Part shown: positions 25,316 to 35,170 of the stretch, piece by piece
Position numbering within the stretch: the first letter of the stretch is position 1
Layout: every line of letters starts with the position of its first letter
Source: Enterobacteria phage Ac3
DNA length: 64,000 nucleotides
Sequence record: OK040907
Reading direction: 5' to 3' (one strand)
Program-made: the position numbers and the translations under genes
Notes under the pieces: generated by a model
The model's input: the letters and a program-made list of their open reading frames with translations, nothing else
Databases searched by the model: none
What the model was told of the DNA's origin: nothing

Positions 25316-25345
25316 ACTATAACACAACATGAGGGACTTGTAAAC
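25316..25345 (-). promoter_or_regulatory. Early promoter: -35 GTTTAC, 18-nt spacer, -10 TATAGT
   Basis: Minus-strand GTTTAC at 25340-25345 and TATAGT at 25316-25321; part of the 54-bp repeat. Confidence 0.55.
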
Positions 25346-27402
25346 TACATTTTGAACTTTTTAGACATTCCGTTGATGTTAACCAAAGAAGCTAAGATTT
25401 GAGAAACTTCGTTTTCCTCTTCTTTTGATTCTTCTACAAGGAATTGATTAAATCCAGCCATTGGACGAACTTCACCAGTTTCCATTAGATGGTCGCCATC
25501 ATATACTGATTCTTCTAATTGTTCAGAAGGAGGAACGATTGTACCTTCGATTAGATACTTGTTATAAGCAGTTTCTTTCATAAAGTAAGTACTTACTTTA
25601 TTAATCTTCAGTAAAATTCCACGTGGTAGAATAACTTCAGCTTCTGATGGAAATCCTGATAAATGACCTGGAACGATAACTTTAACTCGTTCAGCTCCTT
25701 TAATTACCATACCCACGCTAGTTTCAGCATCTTCATTAGCATATGTAGAATGACTACCCATATGCATCAAATCTTCTGCATCAACGGAACCTTCTCCTTC
25801 ACCAGAAAATACTGCTCCGGAATTATCTAAGGCCATATAATTTTTACCATACTCACCAAAGATATTTGGTTTAAGTGATGTCGATACGAAGTTCTTGAAA
25901 TAGAACATTTTATTTTCAATGTTATGACGCAAAGTTTTAAAAGTAACTTCTTGTCCACGGTAAAGTGTAGTTCCTGGAGGAAGAACTGAACCTTTAGCGA
26001 ATGCAGAATCCAGCGTCTCAATATGTTTAATAGCTCGTTCCATATATTCTTCACGTGTAGAATCAGGTTTACCTAAAAGGAATGAGTTCATTTCAACATA
26101 CGAATCTGCGCAATAATCTTCAATTACATCAGACTCAGCCTGAGTCAATCCTTTTGGAGTTACTTCAGTGCTTGCATATTCATACGCCTGAGCAGCGGAT
26201 TCATCAATTAATTTATAAATTCCATTCATTACAAATTGAATAATAGCTGTCTTTTCATCTGGTGTAGCTTTAGAACCTTTAACTAAATCATTGATAATTT
26301 TCTTAATAACATCAAAACTATTAGAAATATTAATATCAGCAAGATCGCTTAAAATTTTATCAGTTTTGTAATTAAAGAAGTCTTTATTCTTTAAATATTC
26401 CTGGGAACCTTGATATGATGTATCGCTCTGCAACTTGATAGATGGATCGCGTAAACGCGCATGGGCTAATGCAATATGATTTCGGAAACTTTCTAGTTCA
26501 TAATCGTTAGATTTAAAACGAGAAGCACTTCTCATACCGCCGATAGCTCCTTTGCCGAAGTTTGAACCAATCTGAATAACGCCAGAGTTCATTGGTCCTT
26601 CTGCTTTATATACCGGAACTTTAGATTCAAATTCTTGATATTTCTTAGCAGCGAAGCTATCACCCTGAAGTGAAGCATCAACAGTAGAATATTGAGCTTG
26701 TGCTGCTAATCGACGACTAATTTTAGTTTTCTGAATAACAGCTTGATCCGTACGCTTATCATTTTCTAAAGCAATAGAAGCAGCAACTGCGACAGCTTTA
26801 GGAACAGCATTACCTGTTTTAACGTCTACATAAACATCACCGACTTTCGATTCAACTTTTGTGAATAACTCAGTTGAAATAGGAGGTACACCTGGAATGT
26901 CTTCTAAATTGGCATTTTTACGGTAAACCATAATATATGCATATTTCTTATCATAGTCCCAGATTTCCTTTAAAAGAACATATCGACCTGCTCCTTTAGT
27001 ACGTACTAAACGGTCAGCAATAACTTGCATTTGACGAGCAGCGCCATTTGTTTTACTTTTTAGTACGCGGAATAGGCATGCATCAATTTTATACTGTTTC
27101 ATTGTTTGAAGAGCAGTATCAAAAACCGCATTAATGACACCAATTGGATTTCCACCCAAGTTTTTAAGCTTAACTAACGATAATTTCTCATTAACACCTA
27201 TCATTACGATATGCATCATTTTGTCGCCTGGCTTAACGTTTTTATTCGTATCACCGCCAGAGGTGTATGTACAAAATCGAAATCCAGGAAGAACGCTTTC
27301 TTCACCGGCTTGAATAGCAAAAATTTGAGGTATTTTATGCTTAGGATTTAAGTTAACAACCGGCGCCGAAGCGCCGTCAAATAATTCTGTAATAAGTTCC
27401 AT
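25345..27402 (-). CDS. Alt-like ADP-ribosyltransferase paralog (alt.-1 position)
   Basis: 685 aa; shares N-terminal MELITELF and C-terminal ART motifs (YRGQ, FVSTS, EAEVILPRG) with the adjacent alt gene. Confidence 0.85.
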   Translation of the reverse strand: MELITELFDGASAPVVNLNPKHKIPQIFAIQAGEESVLPGFRFCTYTSGGDTNKNVKPGDKMMHIVMIGVNEKLSLVKLKNLGGNPIGVINAVFDTALQTMKQYKIDACLFRVLKSKTNGAARQMQVIADRLVRTKGAGRYVLLKEIWDYDKKYAYIMVYRKNANLEDIPGVPPISTELFTKVESKVGDVYVDVKTGNAVPKAVAVAASIALENDKRTDQAVIQKTKISRRLAAQAQYSTVDASLQGDSFAAKKYQEFESKVPVYKAEGPMNSGVIQIGSNFGKGAIGGMRSASRFKSNDYELESFRNHIALAHARLRDPSIKLQSDTSYQGSQEYLKNKDFFNYKTDKILSDLADINISNSFDVIKKIINDLVKGSKATPDEKTAIIQFVMNGIYKLIDESAAQAYEYASTEVTPKGLTQAESDVIEDYCADSYVEMNSFLLGKPDSTREEYMERAIKHIETLDSAFAKGSVLPPGTTLYRGQEVTFKTLRHNIENKMFYFKNFVSTSLKPNIFGEYGKNYMALDNSGAVFSGEGEGSVDAEDLMHMGSHSTYANEDAETSVGMVIKGAERVKVIVPGHLSGFPSEAEVILPRGILLKINKVSTYFMKETAYNKYLIEGTIVPPSEQLEESVYDGDHLMETGEVRPMAGFNQFLVEESKEEENEVSQILASLVNINGMSKKFKM

Positions 27403-27405
27403 GAT

Positions 27406-29502
27406 TTATCCTTGAACGAACTTGTAAGGCATGTTTGTAATATCTATGCAAGACGCAATAATTCCAAGAGATGATTCTACTTTCTGTTTAACGTTTGATG
27501 AAACAAATGATGCAAAGTCAACTCTGTCTTCTATTTCAGTATCACCTGTCATTGCAACTACTTCACCGGTTTCCATTAAATGGTCTCCGTCATAGATTAC
27601 CGATTCGGTGAGCTCTTCCGTGGTCATAACTTCAGCTTGAATGAGTTTTGTATTATTAGATGTTGTTCCGTCATTATTAGAAGCATCAGTTATTTTATTA
27701 ACTTTGACCATCAATCCACGCGGTAGAATAACTTCAGCTTCTGTTGCTATTCCGAGACTTCCTGGATATACAACATTAACTTTATGAGCTCCATCAATTG
27801 CCCATCCTATTTGAACTTTAACGTATTCAGGATTTTCTTTATACGCTCTTATTTCGTTTGGATTAATAGTTATTCCTTCTTCATTTTTATCAACTGTTAA
27901 TTCATTGCGAGCTTCTGGTTCTAAAAGACCAATACCAGCATGTGTGATTCCAAAACGTCCAAAAATGATAGGAGTTAAAGAAGTAGATACAAAATTTCTG
28001 AAGTAGAACACTTTATTTTTAACTAACGCTTCATATATAGGAGCAGTCATACTTTGAGCACGATAAACTGTAATGCCTTCTGGTATACGGTCACCATTTT
28101 CAAAAGCTGAATCTAAGTTATTTATAGCAGATTCAATTTCTTTTTCACTCATTACATCATATCGTTCTGGATTGTAACGACCTAAAAGAAGATTATTGAT
28201 GTCAGTATATCCTGAACCACAATATTCTCTAATGCCACGCTTTTGTGATGGAGTATATTTAGAACCATCGCGGGCAATAGTAATATCAATCATTGGACCA
28301 GCACCAATTCCAGAAAAACTGTAAATCATTCGTTTGAGGAATTTAGTTTTTGCTGCGTTCCAGGAATTTTTAGTTATTTCTTCCCAGACTTCATCTGGTT
28401 GTCCTTTACGATTTTTATTATGATTAGCAAGCCATTTATCTTTATAATCTTCAAAGAATTGATTTACAGCTGCTGCGTATTTCTCTAAACATTTTATTGA
28501 AGTAGTTGGTTCATTTTTAATTGCATTAAAAATTACTTCTTTAATTTTTTCTGAAACTTCACCGACTTGACTCATTGGAAAGAATTTATAATCATAGTGA
28601 AGTTCATCTGCCGTTCCTTCAGCAATAATTTTTGCTGCCTTTGTTTTAGAAGCTAATGAATTAATTCCAATTTTCATTTCTTCTGCTTCGGGAATTAAAG
28701 GTGCAGTAGCTGGTTTATTAAAATTAGCTGCTGTAGATTCATACTTCTGGAATAATTCACTTTCAAATCTAGAAGATTCCAATGACTGACTTTGTGCAAT
28801 TGCTCTACGGGAAATTTTAACTTTAACGATTACGGCTTGGTCAGAACGTTTATCATTTTCTTGTGCAATAGATGCAGCAATTGCCTCATTTTTGGTTACT
28901 TGAGCTCCAGTATCTTTATTGATATAAACATCACCGACCTTCGATTCAACTTTAGTAAAGAGCTCGGTGCTAATTTCTGGAACTCCTGGAATGTCTTCTA
29001 GTGATACATTTTTACGATGTATAAGAATATATGCATACTTTTTATCGTAATCCCAGAGTTCCTTAAGAAGGACGTATCTGCCACCTGAACGACTGCGGAT
29101 GAGTCTATCAGCAATAAGTTGAATTTGTCGAGCTTGACCTGCGGTTTTAGACTTAAGAATACGAAGCATGCAGGCATCAATTTTATATTGACGCATTGTT
29201 TGCATTGCAACAGTAAAAACTGAATTGATATAATTAATCGGGCTTGGACCAAGACCTTTTAATTTAGCAATTGAACCTTTAGCAGTTAATGTAAAAGGAA
29301 CAATATGCATCATTTTATCGCCCATCTTTAAATCACGATTAGTATCACCTCCAGATGTATAGGTACATAAACGAAAGCCTGGTTGTTCAATTGCATCATC
29401 AACATGAACTGAAAAAATTTGTGGTATTTTCTTCTTTGGATTTAAGTTTGTAATCGGAAGAGTAGTATCTTCGTCAAATAATTCTGTAATGAGTTCCATC
29501 AT
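27406..29502 (-). CDS. alt: Alt ADP-ribosyltransferase (injected with DNA, modifies host RNA polymerase)
   Basis: 698 aa (697 from second Met); matches recalled T4 Alt N-terminus; ART motifs YRAQ, FVSTS, EAEVILPRG. Confidence 0.9.
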   Translation of the reverse strand: MMELITELFDEDTTLPITNLNPKKKIPQIFSVHVDDAIEQPGFRLCTYTSGGDTNRDLKMGDKMMHIVPFTLTAKGSIAKLKGLGPSPINYINSVFTVAMQTMRQYKIDACMLRILKSKTAGQARQIQLIADRLIRSRSGGRYVLLKELWDYDKKYAYILIHRKNVSLEDIPGVPEISTELFTKVESKVGDVYINKDTGAQVTKNEAIAASIAQENDKRSDQAVIVKVKISRRAIAQSQSLESSRFESELFQKYESTAANFNKPATAPLIPEAEEMKIGINSLASKTKAAKIIAEGTADELHYDYKFFPMSQVGEVSEKIKEVIFNAIKNEPTTSIKCLEKYAAAVNQFFEDYKDKWLANHNKNRKGQPDEVWEEITKNSWNAAKTKFLKRMIYSFSGIGAGPMIDITIARDGSKYTPSQKRGIREYCGSGYTDINNLLLGRYNPERYDVMSEKEIESAINNLDSAFENGDRIPEGITVYRAQSMTAPIYEALVKNKVFYFRNFVSTSLTPIIFGRFGITHAGIGLLEPEARNELTVDKNEEGITINPNEIRAYKENPEYVKVQIGWAIDGAHKVNVVYPGSLGIATEAEVILPRGLMVKVNKITDASNNDGTTSNNTKLIQAEVMTTEELTESVIYDGDHLMETGEVVAMTGDTEIEDRVDFASFVSSNVKQKVESSLGIIASCIDITNMPYKFVQG

Positions 29503-29551
29503 ATCCTCTCTAGTGTTTATTCTATTTATAAAATTAAAGGCCCGAAGGCCT

Positions 29552-29740
29552 TTAATAATCTATTGGTAATAGAGTACGATATATTTCAAACTTTGGACCT
29601 TTTTCATAAGCATCAAAAGTTTCTGTGAATTTATTATAAGCATATGCATCTATAAATTCAATCATGATTTGCGATACAGAAGTAGAAACATCTCCACCTT
29701 CTTTTTGAGCCACGACAATTGTTTCTAAGTAAGCTTTCAT
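29552..29740 (-). CDS. Hypothetical small protein
   Basis: 62 aa ORF overlapping ligase start by 4 nt. Confidence 0.5.
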   Translation of the reverse strand: MKAYLETIVVAQKEGGDVSTSVSQIMIEFIDAYAYNKFTETFDAYEKGPKFEIYRTLLPIDY

Positions 29741-31200
29741 AAACCAGTTACCTCATGAAAATCGCCAAATACATCTTCGAACGTATTAGCTTTAGTTTTA
29801 TCTTCACGTAAACGAATCGCAATTGGAAGAAATAATTTAACGTAATCGGTGCGGCCATCAGATTTTAACCAACCGTTGCATTCGCACTCTAGAATTTTTC
29901 CAATATAATAATTTTGGTTTTCCATAATGCGAGTACGGTCAAGTTCATGCGATTTTACACCAGCTTTATCTTTTAAGCCTGAACCAGCATTTACTTTAAT
30001 TTTTCCACACTCTGACTCAAGAATAAATCCACCCGCTTTAGTAGGGTCTTTACGGTGAGGATAAATTCCTACAATTTTTAAATCAACATCAATTACTTCT
30101 TTAAATTTATAAAGATTTTTTGAACGAGCATTTTCCCATAATCCATCGATATTTTTGAGAATAATACCTTCAAGACCTTGGTCAATATACTTTTTGTAAA
30201 TTACCTTAGCTTCATCTAGGTTATTTACTACTTGGTTTTCAATTAAAATTACTTTATCATAGCCTGATGTCATTTGTTCTAGTTTAGAAAAACGTACATC
30301 ATATTTTAAACGAAACGCTGGAAGACCATATATTTCTACTAATGGAACATAGTCCCAGACCTGAAACTTCATGCATTGTGCTTCTTTTTCAGAAATGGTT
30401 CCCTTTAAAGATTTATTAGCGATTCCATTAGAAGTAGTACGTGATTCAGCTACTTCGGCGAATTCTTTAGCTTTACTAATTTCAGGATAAGCATCAAAAA
30501 GAAAATCTAGGCCTTCTGGTTCCTTTTCAACTTGCTCATGGTATACCAATTCGCCATCAATTAACACACCTTCTGGATGAATCTGGCGAGCTTCTGCAGT
30601 CATTTTGATTAACTCTTCCTTGAGAAGATCTAATCCTAGATATTCATTACCAGCTCGTGATAAAAGACGAACATCATCTAATTCATCACCTCTGACTTCA
30701 GCAAAGCACCGAGCTCCATCAGCTTTTAATTGGGCAAAGGCTGGAAATTTGATATTCTTATTAATGCCTTTTTCATCATAAGAACTTGCCAGCATTTGAG
30801 GTTGTTCAGGAATTAAACCTGGCCAAACTTTGTTTGCAATAGATACTGATGCACCGCATTCAAGGTCTCGCATCATCACCCGACGCAAAACTTCAACATC
30901 ATCTTTTTTACCGTCAGCAATATATCCAGTTAATTCCTCAATTGCCGCATTTCCGGTCAATTTCCGAGTAGCTAACGTGAATTCAATGAAGTCAAGCATA
31001 TCGGTAAGAGTCAACATTCCAAAACTCTGGGTAGCAATACCAGGTTTAGGCCATTTCTTGATATAATACTGTAACCCACGAGAATAAGTCAGACGATATA
31101 CTCGTTTAAGCAATTCATTATCTTTATTCTTTTCAAGAATTGCTTGCTTCTGCTTAGTTGAACCAATAGATGCTATTTCGTTCAGAATTTTAAGAATCAT
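29737..31200 (-). CDS. 30: ATP-dependent DNA ligase
   Basis: 487 aa; adenylation motif KADGAR; matches T4 DNA ligase. Confidence 0.95.
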   Translation of the reverse strand: MILKILNEIASIGSTKQKQAILEKNKDNELLKRVYRLTYSRGLQYYIKKWPKPGIATQSFGMLTLTDMLDFIEFTLATRKLTGNAAIEELTGYIADGKKDDVEVLRRVMMRDLECGASVSIANKVWPGLIPEQPQMLASSYDEKGINKNIKFPAFAQLKADGARCFAEVRGDELDDVRLLSRAGNEYLGLDLLKEELIKMTAEARQIHPEGVLIDGELVYHEQVEKEPEGLDFLFDAYPEISKAKEFAEVAESRTTSNGIANKSLKGTISEKEAQCMKFQVWDYVPLVEIYGLPAFRLKYDVRFSKLEQMTSGYDKVILIENQVVNNLDEAKVIYKKYIDQGLEGIILKNIDGLWENARSKNLYKFKEVIDVDLKIVGIYPHRKDPTKAGGFILESECGKIKVNAGSGLKDKAGVKSHELDRTRIMENQNYYIGKILECECNGWLKSDGRTDYVKLFLPIAIRLREDKTKANTFEDVFGDFHEVTGL

Positions 31201-31466
31201 TGTTCATCCTTTAGAGTTTGGTTTACAGCTCTATTATAAATCAATTCATCATTAAGCTCAGTCAAAGACCTGTGGTACGTGGTTCTAACTTTATTTCCTT
31301 GCATCCAGTGCTTGACGTAAATGAAACCTTGCTCTACACATTTTTTAAAAATTCGTTCGTCTTTTTGAGCTCGAAATTCTGGATTGCATCTAAAAAATTG
31401 ATTTACGTGACCGTAATCACGTGTAGTATTACCTTCATTTTCATAAATAGTGTGAACGACAAACAT
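31197..31466 (-). CDS. Hypothetical protein (30.1 position)
   Basis: 89 aa ORF, 4-nt overlaps with both neighbours. Confidence 0.6.
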   Translation of the reverse strand: MFVVHTIYENEGNTTRDYGHVNQFFRCNPEFRAQKDERIFKKCVEQGFIYVKHWMQGNKVRTTYHRSLTELNDELIYNRAVNQTLKDEQ

Positions 31467-32302
31467 TAGAATGCTCCTTGGAAAATATTATCACCACCAG
31501 TAGGTCTATTATACAAATACTCTATGCCACCAGGTTTAATATAGTTCCATGTCTGAAACGGATGTGTCTGATATGGATGATATAGATTATAAGGATTAAA
31601 TCCAGGAGTTCTCCAGGTAGTGTTCCAAGGAAAAGAATCATTTTTAATCATCTTTTCAATTACATCTTTTATAGCTTTTTCACTATCAAAACTTTCTTTA
31701 TTTTCCTTCGATGGAAAAAGCTTATTCTCTACATCATTCCATGTATAAACTCGCTGCGCAGTTTTTGGAATACTGTCACGCTCTCCTCGAGCCATCCAAT
31801 AAACAGGAACATTTAATATTTCACTCGCGTGATCGCAGTGGTGAGCGAGATCGTCAATATAACAAATTACGTTATATTTCTCTTTTGCCTTTTTGAACAA
31901 CTCTTCTTTTGAAGAATCATGACCACACATCAATACTTCTGAGAAGGCACCAGGAAAAAGAGCATTCAAATTAAATTGACGATTTAGCAGAGCGTCAATA
32001 GAATCACCCAATGCTGTAACAGCTACAAAATTATAATCTTCTTTTAATTTGTTAATTACACACAGGGCATCTTTATACGGAGACAAGTAACGAATAAAAT
32101 CTGAACGATTGTATTTTTCAATTAACTTGACACCAAGTTCTTCATCGCAATTAAAGAGCTTACCAGGAGAAATAAATTTTTCGTCCTGAATCATTTTTAA
32201 AATATGTTCCAACGGAAGATTATATTTTTGAGCAAAATAAGGAAGACCTGATTGCCAGCTTAAACATACACCATCAATATCAGTCAAAATAGTAGGCTTC
32301 AT
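31466..32302 (-). CDS. HAD-superfamily hydrolase-like protein (30.2 position)
   Basis: 278 aa; N-terminal DxDG motif (TDIDGV) typical of HAD phosphatases. Confidence 0.65.
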   Translation of the reverse strand: MKPTILTDIDGVCLSWQSGLPYFAQKYNLPLEHILKMIQDEKFISPGKLFNCDEELGVKLIEKYNRSDFIRYLSPYKDALCVINKLKEDYNFVAVTALGDSIDALLNRQFNLNALFPGAFSEVLMCGHDSSKEELFKKAKEKYNVICYIDDLAHHCDHASEILNVPVYWMARGERDSIPKTAQRVYTWNDVENKLFPSKENKESFDSEKAIKDVIEKMIKNDSFPWNTTWRTPGFNPYNLYHPYQTHPFQTWNYIKPGGIEYLYNRPTGGDNIFQGAF

Positions 32303-32763
32303 AGAGAGTCTCTTAATAGGTTTAACACATCAATAAATTCAGCTTCGGTTAGTATTGTATCATCTTTTGTTAGACTACTAGCCATGCTGTGCTTCAAAAC
32401 TTTTCCTTTCGAGGCTTGTAATGCATCACGAAAGCCCTTGTTTTGAATCGCTGCCTCAAAATACGCATTTGTGTATAATTCTTTCCACGCTGGAGAGTAT
32501 CTTGAAAACGGAACTCCGAGCCAGAAGAGGGTCCCACGGTCCTGAGCTCTAGCATAAGACCTTCCAGCTTGTTGGGCGGCAAGCCCGGATAACCCAAATA
32601 CACGACGTTGCTGTTCAACATTTTTCACCTTACATCCTTGGAGAAATCCTTCAAGACCTCCAAATTGGATACCATCCATAACAAAAGGCCATTGGGCGAA
32701 ATTACTTAATGCACACGATGGCCATCTAAAATTGCTTCTAATCTCTAACTCAGACATTTTCAA
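32299..32763 (-). CDS. NADAR (YbiA/DUF1768)-like protein (30.3 position)
   Basis: 154 aa; LSNFAQWPFVMDG...LEGFLQGCK matches the YbiA core FSNFAAWP..DG...EHYFQAQK. Confidence 0.6.
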   Translation of the reverse strand: MKMSELEIRSNFRWPSCALSNFAQWPFVMDGIQFGGLEGFLQGCKVKNVEQQRRVFGLSGLAAQQAGRSYARAQDRGTLFWLGVPFSRYSPAWKELYTNAYFEAAIQNKGFRDALQASKGKVLKHSMASSLTKDDTILTEAEFIDVLNLLRDSL

Positions 32764-32956
32764 TACTTATAATTTCAACATCAGCCCAATGACCATAGCA
32801 AGGAAGACGAAATTCAACTGGCCAGTTAGGGTCCTTTTCTAATATAATAGACTTAACTTGTGGTTCTTCATGTTCATCAGTATATGGATTTTTATCTGTT
32901 ACTTTATATGTGACCTTAATGTACTGAATTCCAAAAATCTTATTAATTATATTCAT
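32750..32956 (-). CDS. Hypothetical protein
   Basis: 68 aa ORF in operon. Confidence 0.5.
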   Translation of the reverse strand: MNIINKIFGIQYIKVTYKVTDKNPYTDEHEEPQVKSIILEKDPNWPVEFRLPCYGHWADVEIISIENV

Positions 32957-33150
32957 ACTAATTCCTTTAATCCGTAAATAGGAGATAATTCATCACCCAT
33001 ACGAAGGTCTTCATTTCCATCTACCCAGGAAACAATATAAGCCTCTTTTATTTGAACACCACTCCATTTAAATGGAGGTAGAACCTTAGAAATTAATCCA
33101 GGTATACCAACTCCCTTTAATTCAACAGTTTGACCTAAAAAGAATTTCAT
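32953..33150 (-). CDS. Hypothetical protein
   Basis: 65 aa ORF, 4-nt overlap with the upstream gene. Confidence 0.5.
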   Translation of the reverse strand: MKFFLGQTVELKGVGIPGLISKVLPPFKWSGVQIKEAYIVSWVDGNEDLRMGDELSPIYGLKELV

Positions 33151-33488
33151 TAAAACCTCATCTGAAAACCATGCGATTTAACATTACCACCGCCAATATC
33201 AGAAATGTTAATTTCACTCGCAATTGAAGGGTCAATGTCAATTTCGCGATTGAGTTTAGTGATAGCTAAAGTATCGTGCCCATTTACTGTACGGAACTCT
33301 AGAGGACAAACCACATCAACGTAGTTTTTAATCGATTCACTGGTAGGCTGCAAATGAGCAGGAAGGTCTTTAGGCGCCTTTGAGAAAACAACTTCACAGA
33401 AATTTTTGCGGGTATCAAAATAAGTAGTCATAAACATAGTATTTTCCTCAGTAAGGGGCCGAAGCCCCTGTTTTATTTTAAATATCAA
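33150..33488 (-). CDS. Hypothetical protein
   Basis: 112 aa ORF. Confidence 0.55.
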   Translation of the reverse strand: MIFKIKQGLRPLTEENTMFMTTYFDTRKNFCEVVFSKAPKDLPAHLQPTSESIKNYVDVVCPLEFRTVNGHDTLAITKLNREIDIDPSIASEINISDIGGGNVKSHGFQMRF

Positions 33489-33843
33489 ATTCGTTAAGAA
33501 CTACATCAAAGATTGCTTCAAGATGCTCAGGTTTAGCTCTGTTACTCAAAATATGACGAATCCAAGTTTTAACCAGAAGCTTACGATTAGCGCCATTCCA
33601 GCAAGGATGGGTCCCTAAATCGCGTTGACGAAAATCATCATCCAGAGCGATTTTGAAGTTTGAACCTTCCATTGTGATTGAAACCGTGATGCCATTTTCA
33701 AATCGCATATAAACGTAATTAGGAGTCATATACTGTTCAATTTCGCATACTGATCCATTTTGATGTTTCCAAAGGCAAATAGTATCAATAGAACCTGCAA
33801 TACCATTAGAAACATATTTACGTTCAAAGTTGATGTAGTTCAT
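33478..33843 (-). CDS. Hypothetical protein
   Basis: 121 aa ORF with early promoter upstream. Confidence 0.55.
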   Translation of the reverse strand: MNYINFERKYVSNGIAGSIDTICLWKHQNGSVCEIEQYMTPNYVYMRFENGITVSITMEGSNFKIALDDDFRQRDLGTHPCWNGANRKLLVKTWIRHILSNRAKPEHLEAIFDVVLNEFDI

Positions 33844-33880
33844 TTTTATTCTCCGAGATGTTTAATTGCGGTACAGGTAT

Positions 33881-33909
33881 ATAATATCATATCCTGTACC
33901 AAAGTAAAC
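33881..33909 (-). promoter_or_regulatory. Early promoter: GTTTAC, 17-nt spacer, TATTAT
   Basis: Minus-strand GTTTAC at 33904-33909 and TATTAT at 33881-33886, upstream of the ORF starting at 33843. Confidence 0.5.
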
Positions 33910-33911
33910 AA

Positions 33912-34244
33912 TTATTTTACTACTTTCCAGTGCTTCATGTCAAGTTTACCAACTTTTTTCATCTTCTCAATCAAACGTTCGGCACGTTGGCGAGCTGTAA
34001 CATAATACCATTCGCCTAATTCATTTTGTTCAATTTTTCCAACGATTACTGTATTCAATTCATAAATCCAACCAGTAAAGAAATTATGAACTTGAATTGT
34101 AAAGGTGAAATCTGTTCCCATACCTTCTGTTGTTTCTACTTCAATAATATCACCTTCAACTGCCATTAAGAACCACATAGTTTCATCATATTTACCATTG
34201 AAGCATTTAGTCTTAACTGCAGCGTTCAGATTAATCGTTTTCAT
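33912..34244 (-). CDS. Hypothetical protein
   Basis: 110 aa ORF. Confidence 0.55.
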   Translation of the reverse strand: MKTINLNAAVKTKCFNGKYDETMWFLMAVEGDIIEVETTEGMGTDFTFTIQVHNFFTGWIYELNTVIVGKIEQNELGEWYYVTARQRAERLIEKMKKVGKLDMKHWKVVK

Positions 34245-34354
34245 TTTATTCTCCTTTGTTTGTGTAAGATAATACTATCACAAAGGAACCATATTGTAAA
34301 CAACTTTGTGTAATCTTTGGAAAATAAAAAAGGACTCCCGAAGGAGTCCTCAAC

Positions 34355-34531
34355 TTATGCTTTCTGCTTACCAAAACGAGAAGCATCATCTCGAAGAACC
34401 GCACGTGCTCGGCGCATGATCTTCTCAACAGTTTGATTGATACGAGAGTTCGACCCACGCTTGTAGCCAGCGCGTTTAGAATCACCAACTTTCTTTTCAA
34501 CTGCTTTCTTTGCTTTAGCTTGTTTTGCCAT
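34355..34531 (-). CDS. Small lysine/arginine-rich protein
   Basis: 58 aa from the ATG with aagaga RBS (MAKQAKAKK...); the 72-aa track ORF starts at an upstream ATG lacking an RBS. Confidence 0.5.
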   Translation of the reverse strand: MAKQAKAKKAVEKKVGDSKRAGYKRGSNSRINQTVEKIMRRARAVLRDDASRFGKQKA

Positions 34532-34774
34532 TATAAATTCTCTTTTAAATGAAAATGCAGGACTTATTGGCATTGCCTGCGCAAGCCCTCAAGGGGAACA
34601 TAGGTTTTGGATATTTAACGACAGGATAACCATAAACCCGTCATCATTCACATTCAAGAGGTACACCATAAAACTGCCGGGGTCTTAAAACTATAATGAT
34701 TCGCAAATCATTAATCAGACAGTTCGATGGCTCCTCGATTTTAGCTCACACTAAGGCAGTGAATCTCCAATAAA

Positions 34775-35023
34775 TTACTTCAGTGTTACCACAAAGTGAC
34801 GAACTGCTTTTCGTGCAGCAGAAGCCAGAGGCTTAGCATACTTAAGTTCATCTTTTTCCTGAAGCTCAGCAGCTAATGCAGTTTGAGCAGGATTCAGATG
34901 TTTGAAATAACGCAGGATTTCAAGAGCTTCGGCTTCAACATCAATAGATGCGCCATAGTTTTCGTGACCATTATTCCATGCGTTTCGTTGCAGTTCAAGA
35001 GCGTGTTGTAATTGTTTAATCAT
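34775..35023 (-). CDS. rIII: rIII lysis inhibition accessory protein
   Basis: 82 aa; matches T4 RIII. Confidence 0.85.
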   Translation of the reverse strand: MIKQLQHALELQRNAWNNGHENYGASIDVEAEALEILRYFKHLNPAQTALAAELQEKDELKYAKPLASAARKAVRHFVVTLK

Positions 35024-35170
35024 TTAAAAATTCTCGTTAGAGATTAAAACTCGGTAGTCACGTTCTTCTGAATTTCATCTTCTTTCGACAGATCTCTCAG
35101 TTGTAGACTACCACATAGAATTGTTCGGTTAACTTATTATTCCGACACCCAATTCATATTATTATTTATA

